The position numbers and the translations under genes were made by a program. The notes under the pieces were generated by a model. It saw only the letters and a program-made list of their open reading frames with translations. It did no database searches and was not told the origin of the DNA. A stretch of DNA of 60,185 nt, the filler included, from Nemertoderma westbladi (taxonomy: Eukaryota; Animalia; Xenacoelomorpha), in assembly GCA_032718475.1 (NCBI GenBank). It is 3 parts of 3 records of this genome, joined end to end, with 100 filler letters (N's around TTAATTAATTAA, not from the genome) between each part and the next. Parts side by side here need not be neighbours in the genome. Positions count along the whole stretch, not along the records: positions 1 to 25,076 come from JAUCBJ010004892.1; 2 more parts are not named here. The stretch is one strand, 5' to 3'. Below are positions 1-11,116 of the stretch, in pieces; the first letter of the stretch is position 1, and the number at the start of each line of letters is the position of its first letter.

Positions 1-2761
1 CAGTTACCCTGTAATTGAAATACATAAAATGGTTGGCATAATATAATTTGATAAAAAAAACTAAATATGGCACTAAATCCTTATAATTCCATTTATTATT
101 ATATATATATTGAATAGTAAACAATAGAAGTACGTAGGTAATGATGTAAATAATATATATATATTATACCACACGCTATACAATAGAAAAAAACAATTAG
201 AAATAATATTTCACAGTGAATATTAAATACCCACGGATACCAAGAAACCAACGATATTACATTAATTATACGTACAATCTATAAAAACTATTCTAAAACG
301 GAGACATTAAAGAATTTACGTATTAAATTCGAGTTTTACGAAATTTCTATAAACTACTGTGTGTATCCTTGGGTTGCAGCACATATTTTAAGATATATAA
401 AATAAAATTCCATCAAAATTCGGTTTAACTCTTATTTTTTTTTCATAGGGTTCTCTTTTTAATAATTCACGTTGTAGGACCAAGTCTAAAAAGCTGAAGG
501 AGGAAAAAAGTAAAAATAAAGTGTTTAATAATGAAATTATTTGATTTGAACATATTATACTGATATATCAGTACTTATTAAATTGTACCATTTAAAGATT
601 AACTAATACATTACCACAGGTTATTATTTAATTAATTAATATTCCATTAAAAAGGCCACCTATGATCTAGCAGGTGGCTTTGTTCTATATCAGAAAATAA
701 CATAAAAACTTCCCACAGGTACGAGTTTATGAGACCTATCACGGAATCCACTAGATTGTCTACATATAACGGTACATAAAACATTCTAAGACACAGATAG
801 ATGCGTTGATCTGACATAAACAATATATTTATATTATAATCAATAATAAAAAAAAAACACGCCTAACGACAATTTATTAATTAGACTGATTTAAATTGTA
901 GGTTTAAAACTCCTTATACAGTAAAAATAACCAAGCACCATTTATGAAGTTAAGTTGTGCAGAATATTTTAATGAGATGCAATTAGGTTAAATAGTTAGG
1001 CAAGCGAAGCAATGCAGTAATAATTAGTGCGCCCAAAACTATTGAGAATAATTATAAAAAAATAATGTACCCTAAATAATATTAACTTTATCTCGAACTA
1101 TTTAAATTGAACATTATAATTCTGGGTCGAGTTCTTTTTTATTTACACGAGTTCGTAGATTTTACCACGAGCGAAGCGAATGTCTAATAATTAAAACTTG
1201 GATAAAACTATTAAACAAAAAAGGAATAATCAATAATGTTATTCAATGTAAATAAATGAGATAAAGCAAACAGTTTGATTTGAGGTACTTTATTTTTTCT
1301 ATTATTATTTTCTTTGCAAAATCGCTTCTACGTTAAACAGTAACTTAAATTGTCTGATTATGATAGATCTAATTAACCTAAAATACTGAAACAAAATGAA
1401 ATTAACGGAATTGTGAATAGCCTTGATGCTACATAACAAACTGTCTAGCAGTAATGATGTAGGCCTCTGTATATCAGATGTATTTCTGTTTAACATTGTT
1501 AAATACTGCGATACTTTAAAATAAATACATTTTATTGAGTAGAAAAAAAAAGTTTATTTTTGCAAAGAAAATAATAAAATTTATAATATTCAATATGAAA
1601 GCTCAACTTACGACTCTAATTTAATATTGGCGGGTGCGCTGCGGTATTTGATGCCCATGCACGCACAGTGAATGGCAATTTTCGTTTAAAGTTCTACAAT
1701 AGAATAATAAAAGACTATTAGCACAAAGGTAGTTGGGAAAATAACTCCATCTTATTTCGATGGTGTCCATCCTCAAGGAATTAAACACAGAATCAATGTC
1801 GCAGATTGCCTACAATATATATCCAAGACTATATTTAGCAAGTGTGTTGGGGGTGTGACCTTCGGGTTAAATTCAATACTCTCTGCGTTTAGTAAACATT
1901 TATAAATGACTGCCTAACAGATACTTTACTAACATAATAATAATAATAATAATAACTACAATTAATTATTAGAAGACATAATTATACAGTTTGTGATCCA
2001 AAGAAACACATACAAAAAGTACAGTATGATTAATTAATACACATGCCCTATAAATTTTAACATGCAAAGGAGTATTTGAAACTAGCAAAAATGCTAGTTA
2101 AACTAAAAAATGTAGTTAAAAATGCTAATTTAAAAATGGTTATATGTTAAATAGTAAAATTACCAATTTGACGATCAATTTAAAAATTTTCTCAAACATT
2201 GATTGCGACAAAAATTCAACGAAATAGTGAACTATCGAATACCAATAAACAAGATAAAAACTTGTTGTTAAAATGTTAACTGGATTCCCGTTGGACAAAC
2301 AAACAATTATTACTATGTAAAGTGATTTTGCACCGTTTTATCATTATAAAATGACATAAAACAATTAAAACTACCAAAAGTGAAGAAATGATTGGAAAAA
2401 TCTCGTTTAAATGACAGTTAAATGATTTCCCTCACCAAAATCCTTCACCATAAAAATATTCGGTTAATTTAAGCCGATAAATTCCGGCTTAAAAAGGTGA
2501 TATTATTTTCATTAACAATTTTTTACGTGTACAGTAGCCTACCAAATATAGTAGAAAAACATTACAAATGTGTAGTAAGTGTCTCGTACAATACGATTTT
2601 CATAACGCAGAAAATTAAGAAATGTTAATGAGGTTATTAAATTTCATCGAGCGTACTGTTAGTAGCAGCCTGCTGTACCGTGTCGCAATAGATTTACTAA
2701 TGTGTACTGTTTACGTACAGTAAGTCATTTACTACACAACAGTGCGAAATTTATACAGCAC

Positions 2762-2832
2762 TTTACCAGATTCGAACCTGCGCCGCCAAACACTAAGTGT
2801 ATGCAGTTCAGGCGCCGTATCCACTCGGACAT
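2762..2832 (-). mobile_element. tRNA-derived SINE head or tRNA pseudogene
   Basis: Minus strand reads ATGTCCGAGTGGATACGGCG (A-box-like) ... GCAGGTTCGAATC (B-box). No intact acceptor or anticodon stem. Confidence 0.5.
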
Positions 2833-2946
2833 TTATGACATTTATGTAAGCAAATCCGAACAGTGTTTATTTAATACGTAAAAGGAACATTGTTCGAGAG
2901 TTGAGTGATACTTTGTGAGATAAAGATAGCTAACAGTTTGTTGTGG

Positions 2947-3054
2947 CTAAGGTAGAAGAAATATACGTTTATCTGTTATTAGTTCATGCATGTTATATAG
3001 GGCTAGCCATAAGCTAGGCAATACAAATGGCAGCAGCTCGAGGTAAGGGGAGAT
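2947..3054 (-). CDS. mbnl: muscleblind-like candidate terminal coding exon
   Basis: Acceptor ttgcctag|ATC follows a ~127-nt AG-free, YGCY-rich tract. Phase-0 reading is ISPYLELLPF...LLP*; phase-1 reading is YLPLPRAAAICIA* (stop at 3014). No protein homology recognised. Confidence 0.45.
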   Translation of the reverse strand: MSPYLELLPFVLPSLWLALYNMHELITDKRIFLLP

Positions 3055-4249
3055 CTAGGCAATAATACATATACAGCACGTAGTTACAGCAGGGTGCGGG
3101 CATAATATAGCAATGTACAGCAGCACAAGAAAGGTGGTGCATTCAGCGCAATTTATGGAATATTTGGTTAAATGGAAGTTTTTCTTAAACGCACTGCACT
3201 TGTTTCGATAACATGTGGTATTGTATGCATCCCAAGTACCAGTTGGTACATACATATACATACAGATGTAGGCCTATTATAAAATGTATATCACATAGAG
3301 ATCCAGTACAGGCACTGTACTGGTATACTGTACTACCAAAGTAAAGTATAACTAAATTTACAAAATATAAGCTACAGTATATGTTATGGCACGTTGAAAC
3401 GTGTATACCTATTTATACGCGAAAATTAAGGCGGAGGTATACCGACTATACCGGCTAGAATATTACAAATTCCGTCGTAAACCTTTTTCTTTAATATAAT
3501 ACGAGTTATCACTACCAGTATGGAATATAGTATAGTTCTGCTGTACGCCATCATCTGTGATCGCGAAACGAAGTTACATAACTTGTGCCGACAAAAGATT
3601 CAACAGCCAAAAAATATATAAGGTGGGAAGACTTTACTTACGGAGCCAGTAATATACATCTCATGTACAGGCTAAAATATACACTACGGTACGTTTATAC
3701 TTAAATGGGAACTAATATAAGATAAATTTAAATTTGTTCCTATTCGTATCTAATTCATATAGTTTCAGTTTATTTACTTACCTTTTTACATGATTTCCGA
3801 TTTCAAATTGTAAATATTAAATAATTTCAAAATATCCGATGGGTTTCTTTATCGGGTCAATAAAATCTAAACTAAATTGTATACGTATGGATTCAATCGT
3901 TATATAAATATAATACAACCACAAAGAAACTGAAATACAATAAGTTAACTAAATAACCCAAAATATTGACGAGAAGCCCATCTTGGGTTGAACAGTCGAC
4001 CTATTCAACTCGGAAGCCATTGTAATTGAATTGGTTGTTCGCAGCGCAAAGAGAGGCGCCGGCTGTGGTATTCGGAACGGTGGGAGGAGTGTAGCCCCCT
4101 TGCGGTGGGTGGTAGTATTTACATTGTAATCTGGAGCAACGGCCTCGAGTGAAGTCCTTACAAGGTATCACGTGACCGTCAAGTATTTCTGTTGTATCTG
4201 AAAAAAAATAATAAATACCTGTTATACTCTGTTATCTCTATCTGCTATT

Positions 4250-4870
4250 CTGTGACCACCACAGATTATCCCAGTTTTGTTGCATTACGTGACCACCAGC
4301 GATTACCCCAAGATCTATTGCATCACGTGACCACCACAGATTATCCCAGTTTTGTTGCATCACGTGACCACCCACCACCGATTATCCCAGTTCTATTATA
4401 TCACGTGACCACGACCGATTATCCCGGATCTATTGCATTACGTGACCACCACAGATTATCCCAGTTTTGTTGCATCACGTGACCACCCACCACCGATTAT
4501 CCCAGTTCTATTATATCACGTGACCACGACCGATTATCCCGGATCTATTGCATTACGTGACCACCACAGATTATCCCAGTTTTGTTGCATCACGTGACCA
4601 CCCACCACCGATTATCCCAGTTCTATTATATCACGTGACCACGACCGATTATCCCGGATCTATTGCATTACGTGACCACCACAGATTATCCCAGTTTTGT
4701 TGCATCACGTGACCACCCACCACCGATTATCCCAGTTCTATTATATCACGTGACCACCACAGATTATCCCAGTTTTGTTGCATCACGTGACCACCCACCA
4801 CCGATTATCCCAGTTCTATTATATCACGTGACCACCACAGATTCTCCCAGTTCATTATATCACGTGACCG
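4250..4870. repeat. 37/41-bp minisatellite with a 115-bp higher-order unit
   Basis: Monomer CACGTGACCACCACAGATTATCCCAGTTTTGTTGCAT. Monomer starts at 4324, 4361, 4402, 4439 and 4476 give spacings of 37, 41, 37, 37. Confidence 0.9.
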
Positions 4871-5294
4871 CGTTACATCCGTTACTTACCATCAGTTACG
4901 TGAATGTATCGACAGTTGCTACGTTTGCACCCGTTACCAGACTGGAAATCCCTGCATATAGGTAGTGCCTGTGGGAACCGTTGGTTGTCCTGGACGAGTT
5001 GTGTCTGAAACAAACACAATGTATTTGTTTTGTAACATTTTGAAATTCGACTTGATCCAAAAAAAAATCATGATGTTTTAAAAATAGGCAATTGTCCCAA
5101 ATTTATTAAAACGAAATAGAGCACAGCAAACAACACTGAATTGATAAGTTAATAGATTCCAACTATACAGAATGGGCCAACAATATTATACATTAATTTT
5201 TATAAAACACCACCCAAAGGCTTAGTAAATTAGGTTGCTGTATATTATATCACTATATATGGTTCTATGGAGTGAGTTGGACCCCCCAGGCCCA

Positions 5295-6235
5295 GACAGT
5301 ATAGTATCCCGGACTGTAGCCCCCGTGCTCCAGCCACCCGGACAGTATCCCGGACTGTAGCCCCCGTACTCCAGCCACCCGGACAGTATCCCGAATTGTA
5401 GCCCCCGTACTCCAGCCACCCGGACAGTATCCCGGACTGTAGCCCCCGTACTCCAGCCACCCGGACAGTATCCCGGACTGTAGCCCCCGTACTCCAGCCA
5501 CCCGGACAGTATCCCGGATTGTAGCCCCCGTACTCCAGCCACCCGGACAGTATCCCGGACTGTAGCCCCCGTACTCCAGCCACCCGGACAGTATCCCGGA
5601 CTGTAGCCCCCGTACTCCAGCCACCCGGACAGTATCCCGGATTGTAGCCCCCGTACTCCAGCCACCCGGACAGTATCCCGGACTGTAGCCCCCGTACTCC
5701 AGCCACCCGGACAGTATCCCGGACTGTAGCCCCCGTACTGCAGCCACCCGGACAGTATCCCGGACTGTAGCCCCAGTACTGCAGCCACCCGGACAGTATC
5801 CCGGACTGTAGCCCCCGTACTCCAGCCACCCGGACAGTATCCCGGATTGTAGCCCCCGTACTCCAGCCACCCGGACAGTATCCCGGATTGTAGCCCCCGT
5901 ACTGCAGCCACCCGGACAGTATCCCGGACTGTAGCCCCAGTACTGCAGCCACCCGGACAGTATCCCGGACTGTAGCCCCAGTACTGCAGCCACCCGGACA
6001 GTATCCCGGACTGTAGCCCCCGTACTCCAGCCACCCGGACAGTATCCCGGATTGTAGCCCCCGTACTCCAGCCACCCGGACAGTATCCCGGATTGTAGCC
6101 CCCGTACTGCAGCCACCCGGACAGTATCCCGGACTGTAGCCCCAGTACTGCAGCCACCCGGACAGTATCCCGGACTGTAGCCCCCGTACTCCAGTCACCC
6201 GGACAGTATCCCGGACTGTAGCCCCCCGAACAGAA
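5295..6235. repeat. 41-bp GC-rich minisatellite (~23 copies)
   Basis: Unit CAGCCACCCGGACAGTATCCCGGACTGTAGCCCCCGTACTC, with starts at 5331 and 5372. Confidence 0.95.
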
Positions 6236-7317
6236 GCCCCCCGGACACTCGCCCCCACACAGTATCCCTGGATAGTATCCCCGGGACAATAGCCACCCGG
6301 ACAGTGGGCCGTACTGTCCAGGGGGCTCCTGTCCAGGGGGCTTCAGTCTGGGAGGTTAGTCTGAGGCTAGTATTCGCGCTGTATTATGTATTATACACGT
6401 CAACTTATATAATGAGTATGATTACTCCTTTTTGGGGAGTTCTTCTATTGGAGAGTGGTCCTTTAGCCCATCTACTGTACTCCTACCCTTAACAAACCCC
6501 TACCCCTACCCTACCCCAATATATCTCTCCACTCCCTCTAATTTATATACATTTACGATGGAGTGAAAATTACTTTTATAATAGAAACGCCTGGTGTTGG
6601 AAATTATGGACGACTCTTTAAAAAAAACCTTGAGTAAAAATCTTGACCAGAAAAATATTTCTTTGTGTTGCTACTAGTTTAGTCTATCAAAGTTATTAAA
6701 AATTTATAAATAAAACACTGACAATTGTAAAATTTTCTTCGGAGTATAATGGTAATATATTTTTTACCCTGAGGTTTCAAATCCCCCTTTAGTTATAACT
6801 CTAGGGAACCTTGTTTTCTATTTAAAGAAATGTGCACGTGATAGCATCACGTGACAATCTTCTTGTACCCCTATTGCAAAGTCTTTAGGATTATTCGTAT
6901 CGCACTCAAAACAAGAGTTTAGTGATTATATATTATTGAACAAAGAAGGAACAGGCCACGCCTTGACCTAAAATAAAATAATGTTCACTGAAAAAAAAAC
7001 ACCGTGCGCTTCGGATGAAAAATTTGTACATTAATACTTTACAGTCAAAATAGTTTCTTATACTGAATTTGCATCTTTGTTTGTTTTACATAGCAGATAC
7101 AGGGCAGTAAGTAAGTAACTGATTTATACATCACATTTCATGCAATGTGAATGAAATTTCAATAGTTAAATGGGAGAGAGGGGGTGGGTGTTTAGGGTGT
7201 GTTAGCCCTTAAATGAGTCAACTTTTATTAGTTAATTAGTTAAATAGTTTTCTAGCGGTAAGCGTGCCAGCCGTACAAATCAGTTCCAAGGGTATCCGAT
7301 GGAGGCGCATCGCTTAC

Positions 7318-7418
7318 CTGTGCGTTTAGAGTTTGTTCCATGTGGAGGTTGAAGGCCGCGGCCGCTGCCATCCCTTCTGGACTGTAGCACGCCGGGTTAG
7401 GTGATTGGGGGATTCCAA
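7318..7418 (-). CDS. mbnl: muscleblind-like exon, 101 nt (phase 1 to 0), probably alternative
   Basis: cctgcag|TT GGA ATC...GCA CAG|gtaagc. Reads (F)GIPQSPNPACYSPEGMAAAAAFNLHMEQTLNAQ in frame with the upstream exon. Confidence 0.75.
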
Positions 7419-8172
7419 CTGCAGGTATTAACCAATGGGAAGCGAGCGCGGTTCAATAAGCCAGTAATGTGTGGTAGGTAGGACGCACATGCATTATAAC
7501 AAGCCAATGAATGAGAGGTAAGCAGGTAGGTAGCGCGACCAATAAGCGCAAAGCACATACAAAGAAACGATGGGTAATAAGCAATTAGGTCTACAAGGCC
7601 ATATTATTTTGTTAGTTAATGGCCAACTAAGCTAAGCTAAGTTAAGCTAAAGGAACTGTTTTTAGAACGATTTTTTGAATATATCGCGGATAAATTTTTA
7701 TTTCAAGCGATATGGTTTATTTTCAATGAAATGGTATCTAGTTTCTGTCACATTATGTTAAGAAATATATTTATTTACAGTTAATATAAAGTCATGACCA
7801 ATAAAGTAATGAAGGATCTTTTGTTTCTGAAAATGATTCACAATGTGGGGCGAGCCATGAAGTGTGAGTCTTAGCATAGCGGTGCAATTAGTAAACCGTC
7901 ATACGACGTCGTTATCGGAAAAGAATGCACGCTAACAAGTGGCTCTATCTTTGATGAATTGGAACCAAACTCGGTACACATGTAGTCTATGAATTCAAAT
8001 GTTTTGGAATTTGACACACAGACAGAATTCTATAATTCCTCTCTAAATGGTCCACTAATTGTACCGCTATGGCCGAATACTCAGTGAGCGTGTTTCCTAG
8101 TGTTTCCAAGTGTTACTTATCATACAGCTGATATTGTAACTAATGTAACTTATACCTAGACATACAACTTAC

Positions 8173-8386
8173 ATTGTGGGGTTGGGTAGGACGCGAGATT
8201 ATGCAGCCCTTGTGGTGTTGATACGGTTGTCATAGGGATCCCCTGCATGGCAGCCAATATCGCCAACTGTTGTTGTTGTTGATAGGCGGCTGCGAATGAC
8301 GAGGAACAAGCTGACATTAAAGGAAGATTGTCAGCGGACACGAGGGCAGGTCGTTTAGTATACGGCATCAGCCCGGAAGAAAGCGC
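8173..8386 (-). CDS. mbnl: muscleblind-like exon with KRPAL motif
   Basis: tatttag|GCG...CAA T|gtaagt. Encodes ALSSGLMPYTKRPALVS...YQQQQQLA, matching the MBNL KRPALE...YQQAL region. Confidence 0.85.
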
Positions 8387-9465
8387 CTAAATAGGGAAAC
8401 AACATTAAATATAGATAGTTTAATTAATAATATCCACCTATTTAATACATTTATTATACACATTTCCCGAAGAGGATAAAAACTTTAGTACTAAAAACTA
8501 AGCAGTAGTTAAAAGTTGTCAAGAAAAGTGAGTTTAGCTAATAAGTTTTGCACCCCCAGAGACTATACGCCAAGAGGCTATGCCTAAACAATCTATTGAT
8601 AATATCAAACTCTTGATACACAACTACAGTAATATCTCATAGAAGACTTCACTCACTAATGTGCTCGTCTAACAAGATTGATTATCACGTTCTGTTTTTC
8701 AATCGACATGCAATGTAATAGCGAAATGTCGCGAAAATGTATGAAAGTCTAAGTCACAAAGAAATATAATATATATTTACGCTTTCATTATTTAGCTACA
8801 ACCGTTTAAAAAAGGTGTCTCCGAAAATAACACCAGTTACAGCGCAGCTATTCAACCTTATAGTGATTTGTTGTGTAAACTGATAAAAATGAAATTTAAA
8901 TGCGTGGTAATATCTATTGTTTTCCTAGCTATATTACATTATTATACAGGCATTGCATTGTTGCCCAGCTACTTATGAGATAATAATAAAAAAAATGATA
9001 AACAAAATGTTCTAGAACATTGCCTATTTATTAAATATAATATATGGCCTGCAGGGGAAGCCAATAATGAAACTTTCGAATGCCCATATCTCAGCTATTT
9101 ACCAACCAAATTCAAATATTTTTACATATTTGGAATCCTTGCAAGGTCAGCTTTCTAACAGTACCAACCAATATTATCACGAATAATAAACATAAAATTA
9201 TTTGATTTCATAATTTAGGTTGAAATTTTGAAATCCAGTTTCCGGAATGCAAATTATGTTCTGAATGCTTCACATTATGTTTAAGATGTGAAATATTTAC
9301 TGAAAACTACTGATTATTTACTATAACTTATATTTTCTACTCATTAAGTATAAGTAGGCCTCTATAAGAGCAAACATTAAAATATTTAAAAAAATTTAAT
9401 ATGTAAATTTACGTGTATAAATTTATTTTATATTCTAAATTGACAACTGAAATGACTCTGTGTAA

Positions 9466-9973
9466 GGCCCCCCTCACACGGAGCAACTTGTTTCTGCAAC
9501 TTGTTTCTGAAACTTGTTGCTGGACCCCCTCACACACAGAAACTTGTTGCTGCAACTTGTTTCAGCAACTTGTTTCCGAAACTTGTTTCTGCAACTTGTT
9601 GCTGGACCGGACCCCCTCACACACAGAAACTTGTTGCTGAAGAAAATAACAATTATTTGCAAATAAATAGCTAACAAGTCCAGTCATTTATATATAATAT
9701 CACATCACTCAAATTATCTAATATTAGCTAGTATCAAAAAATGGAATGTAATAAAAGTTTTTCAAAAAGTTGCTGGGAATATAACTTCCAGCAACTTGTT
9801 GCTGGACTCCCTCACACACAGAAACAAGTTGCGGAAACAAGTTGCAGAAACTTGTTGCTGGAGTCCTCACACACAGAAACAAGTTTCGGAAACAAGTTGC
9901 AGCAACAAGTTTCTGTGTGTGAGGGGGTCCAGCAACAAGTTTCAGAAACAAGTTGCTCCGTGTGAGGGGGGCC
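9466..9973. mobile_element. PIF/Harbinger-type MITE (508 bp)
   Basis: Long inverted arms start GGCCCCCCTCACACGGAGCAACTTG and end CAAGTTGCTCCGTGTGAGGGGGGCC. TAA target duplication at 9463-9465 and 9974-9976. Confidence 0.9.
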
Positions 9974-10226
9974 TAACAAACCACATATCAGAGGGTTTTG
10001 GCGTCAATAACTACTGAATTTAAATGTGACCACTGTATTTAATAATTATAAATACATAGATTGCATAATGGAATTCTTGACTATTCGTTCGGAAAATTTT
10101 ACTGCATGAAGCCACGTAATATCAAACTTCTACTGTATAAGGCAATATGTTTATAAATACAGTAGAACAGGTGTTGTAGTTACCGGTAGGATTACAATAT
10201 CGTTAAATAATAATATTAATAAGTAC

Positions 10227-10301
10227 CAGGTAATCATTATGCTCACGAAGACGCTTTTGTCCGATTAGTTGATGGTTCGCCATAGCAACAGCCGTGCCAC
10301 T
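10227..10301 (-). CDS. mbnl: muscleblind-like 75-nt cassette exon (MBNL1 exon 5-like NLS exon)
   Basis: ggctaataaag|AGT...TAC CTG|gtactt, phase 0-0. Encodes SGTAVAMANHQLIGQKRLREHNDYL and lies between the ZnF4 exon and the KRPAL exon. Confidence 0.7.
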
Positions 10302-10998
10302 CTTTATTAGCCAATAGCAGATCAGCGTGCCAAGAGAGCAATCATTGTAGAACAGAGAGATAAGCAGGCAACAATGTAAGTGAAAGTAGCCAATCAAATG
10401 CGGGCACATCACATGTAAATGTGAGAGGGGGAAATAACACATTTGGTAAGTAATTAAGATTTTAACGTTATTAATTAATTAACAGGTAAGATAATTAGAC
10501 ATCTTGACAATGAAGGAATAATTACCACATATTTTTAACATTCAAATTTAATGGATAAAAAATGATAAAAAGTTTCAGAAGAAGTTTTAGTTGAAGAGAA
10601 TATTATTATTATTGATAAGTGATTGAACTATATAAGGATCAGAACGGATACAATTCGTCAATACCGCAGTCAGATACAAAATAATGCTACAGCTAAAGCA
10701 TTCCAAACAAAATATTAATTGAAATTAAAATTAACTATTTAAATGCTTCCATATATGGTTTGCGTCAAGATTGCTAAAAATACTATGATAAGAAATTTCA
10801 AAAAATATAAACTTCCATAATTAAAACAATTTAACAATTAACTTGTATTAAAGGGCCCACATGCTTTAAAATATTGCATCTACATGTTATGTATCAAGCG
10901 AACTACGCGGTCATGCTCTAAAGAAAACATTTGCAACATGCGAACTAGCTAACTTTCAGTAACTAGCGTCGTATAACTGAATATCGAATAAATCTTAC

Positions 10999-11116
10999 CA
11001 TTTGTGTAGCGCCGTGGGCAGCTAGGTTCAACTGGTTAGCTTGCAGCTGCGCCGCCTTGATTTTGGCTTGTAAATGGCTCGGCGGGTGTAGGTATTTACA
11101 CGACTCCCGTTGGCAT
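10999..11116 (-). CDS. mbnl: muscleblind-like exon, second half of CCCH ZnF4
   Basis: ttttag|A TGC...CAA ATG|gtaaga. Encodes (R)[39 protein letters not shown]. The ORF track does not show this frame. Confidence 0.95.

Noticed and set aside
3967-3997. Hammerhead ribozyme-like TTGACGAG-stem-GAAC
   Set aside because: Both core boxes deviate from CUGANGA and GAAA, and no stems I/III could be built.
4250-4870. CRISPR-like appearance of 37-41-bp repeats (also 24740-25026 and 52885-53055)
   Set aside because: No unique spacers, no cas genes, and a eukaryotic intronic context.
5222-6289. Three long overlapping minus-strand ORFs (283-355 aa)
   Set aside because: Artefact of a stop-free 41-bp repeat; the same peptides cycle through all three frames.
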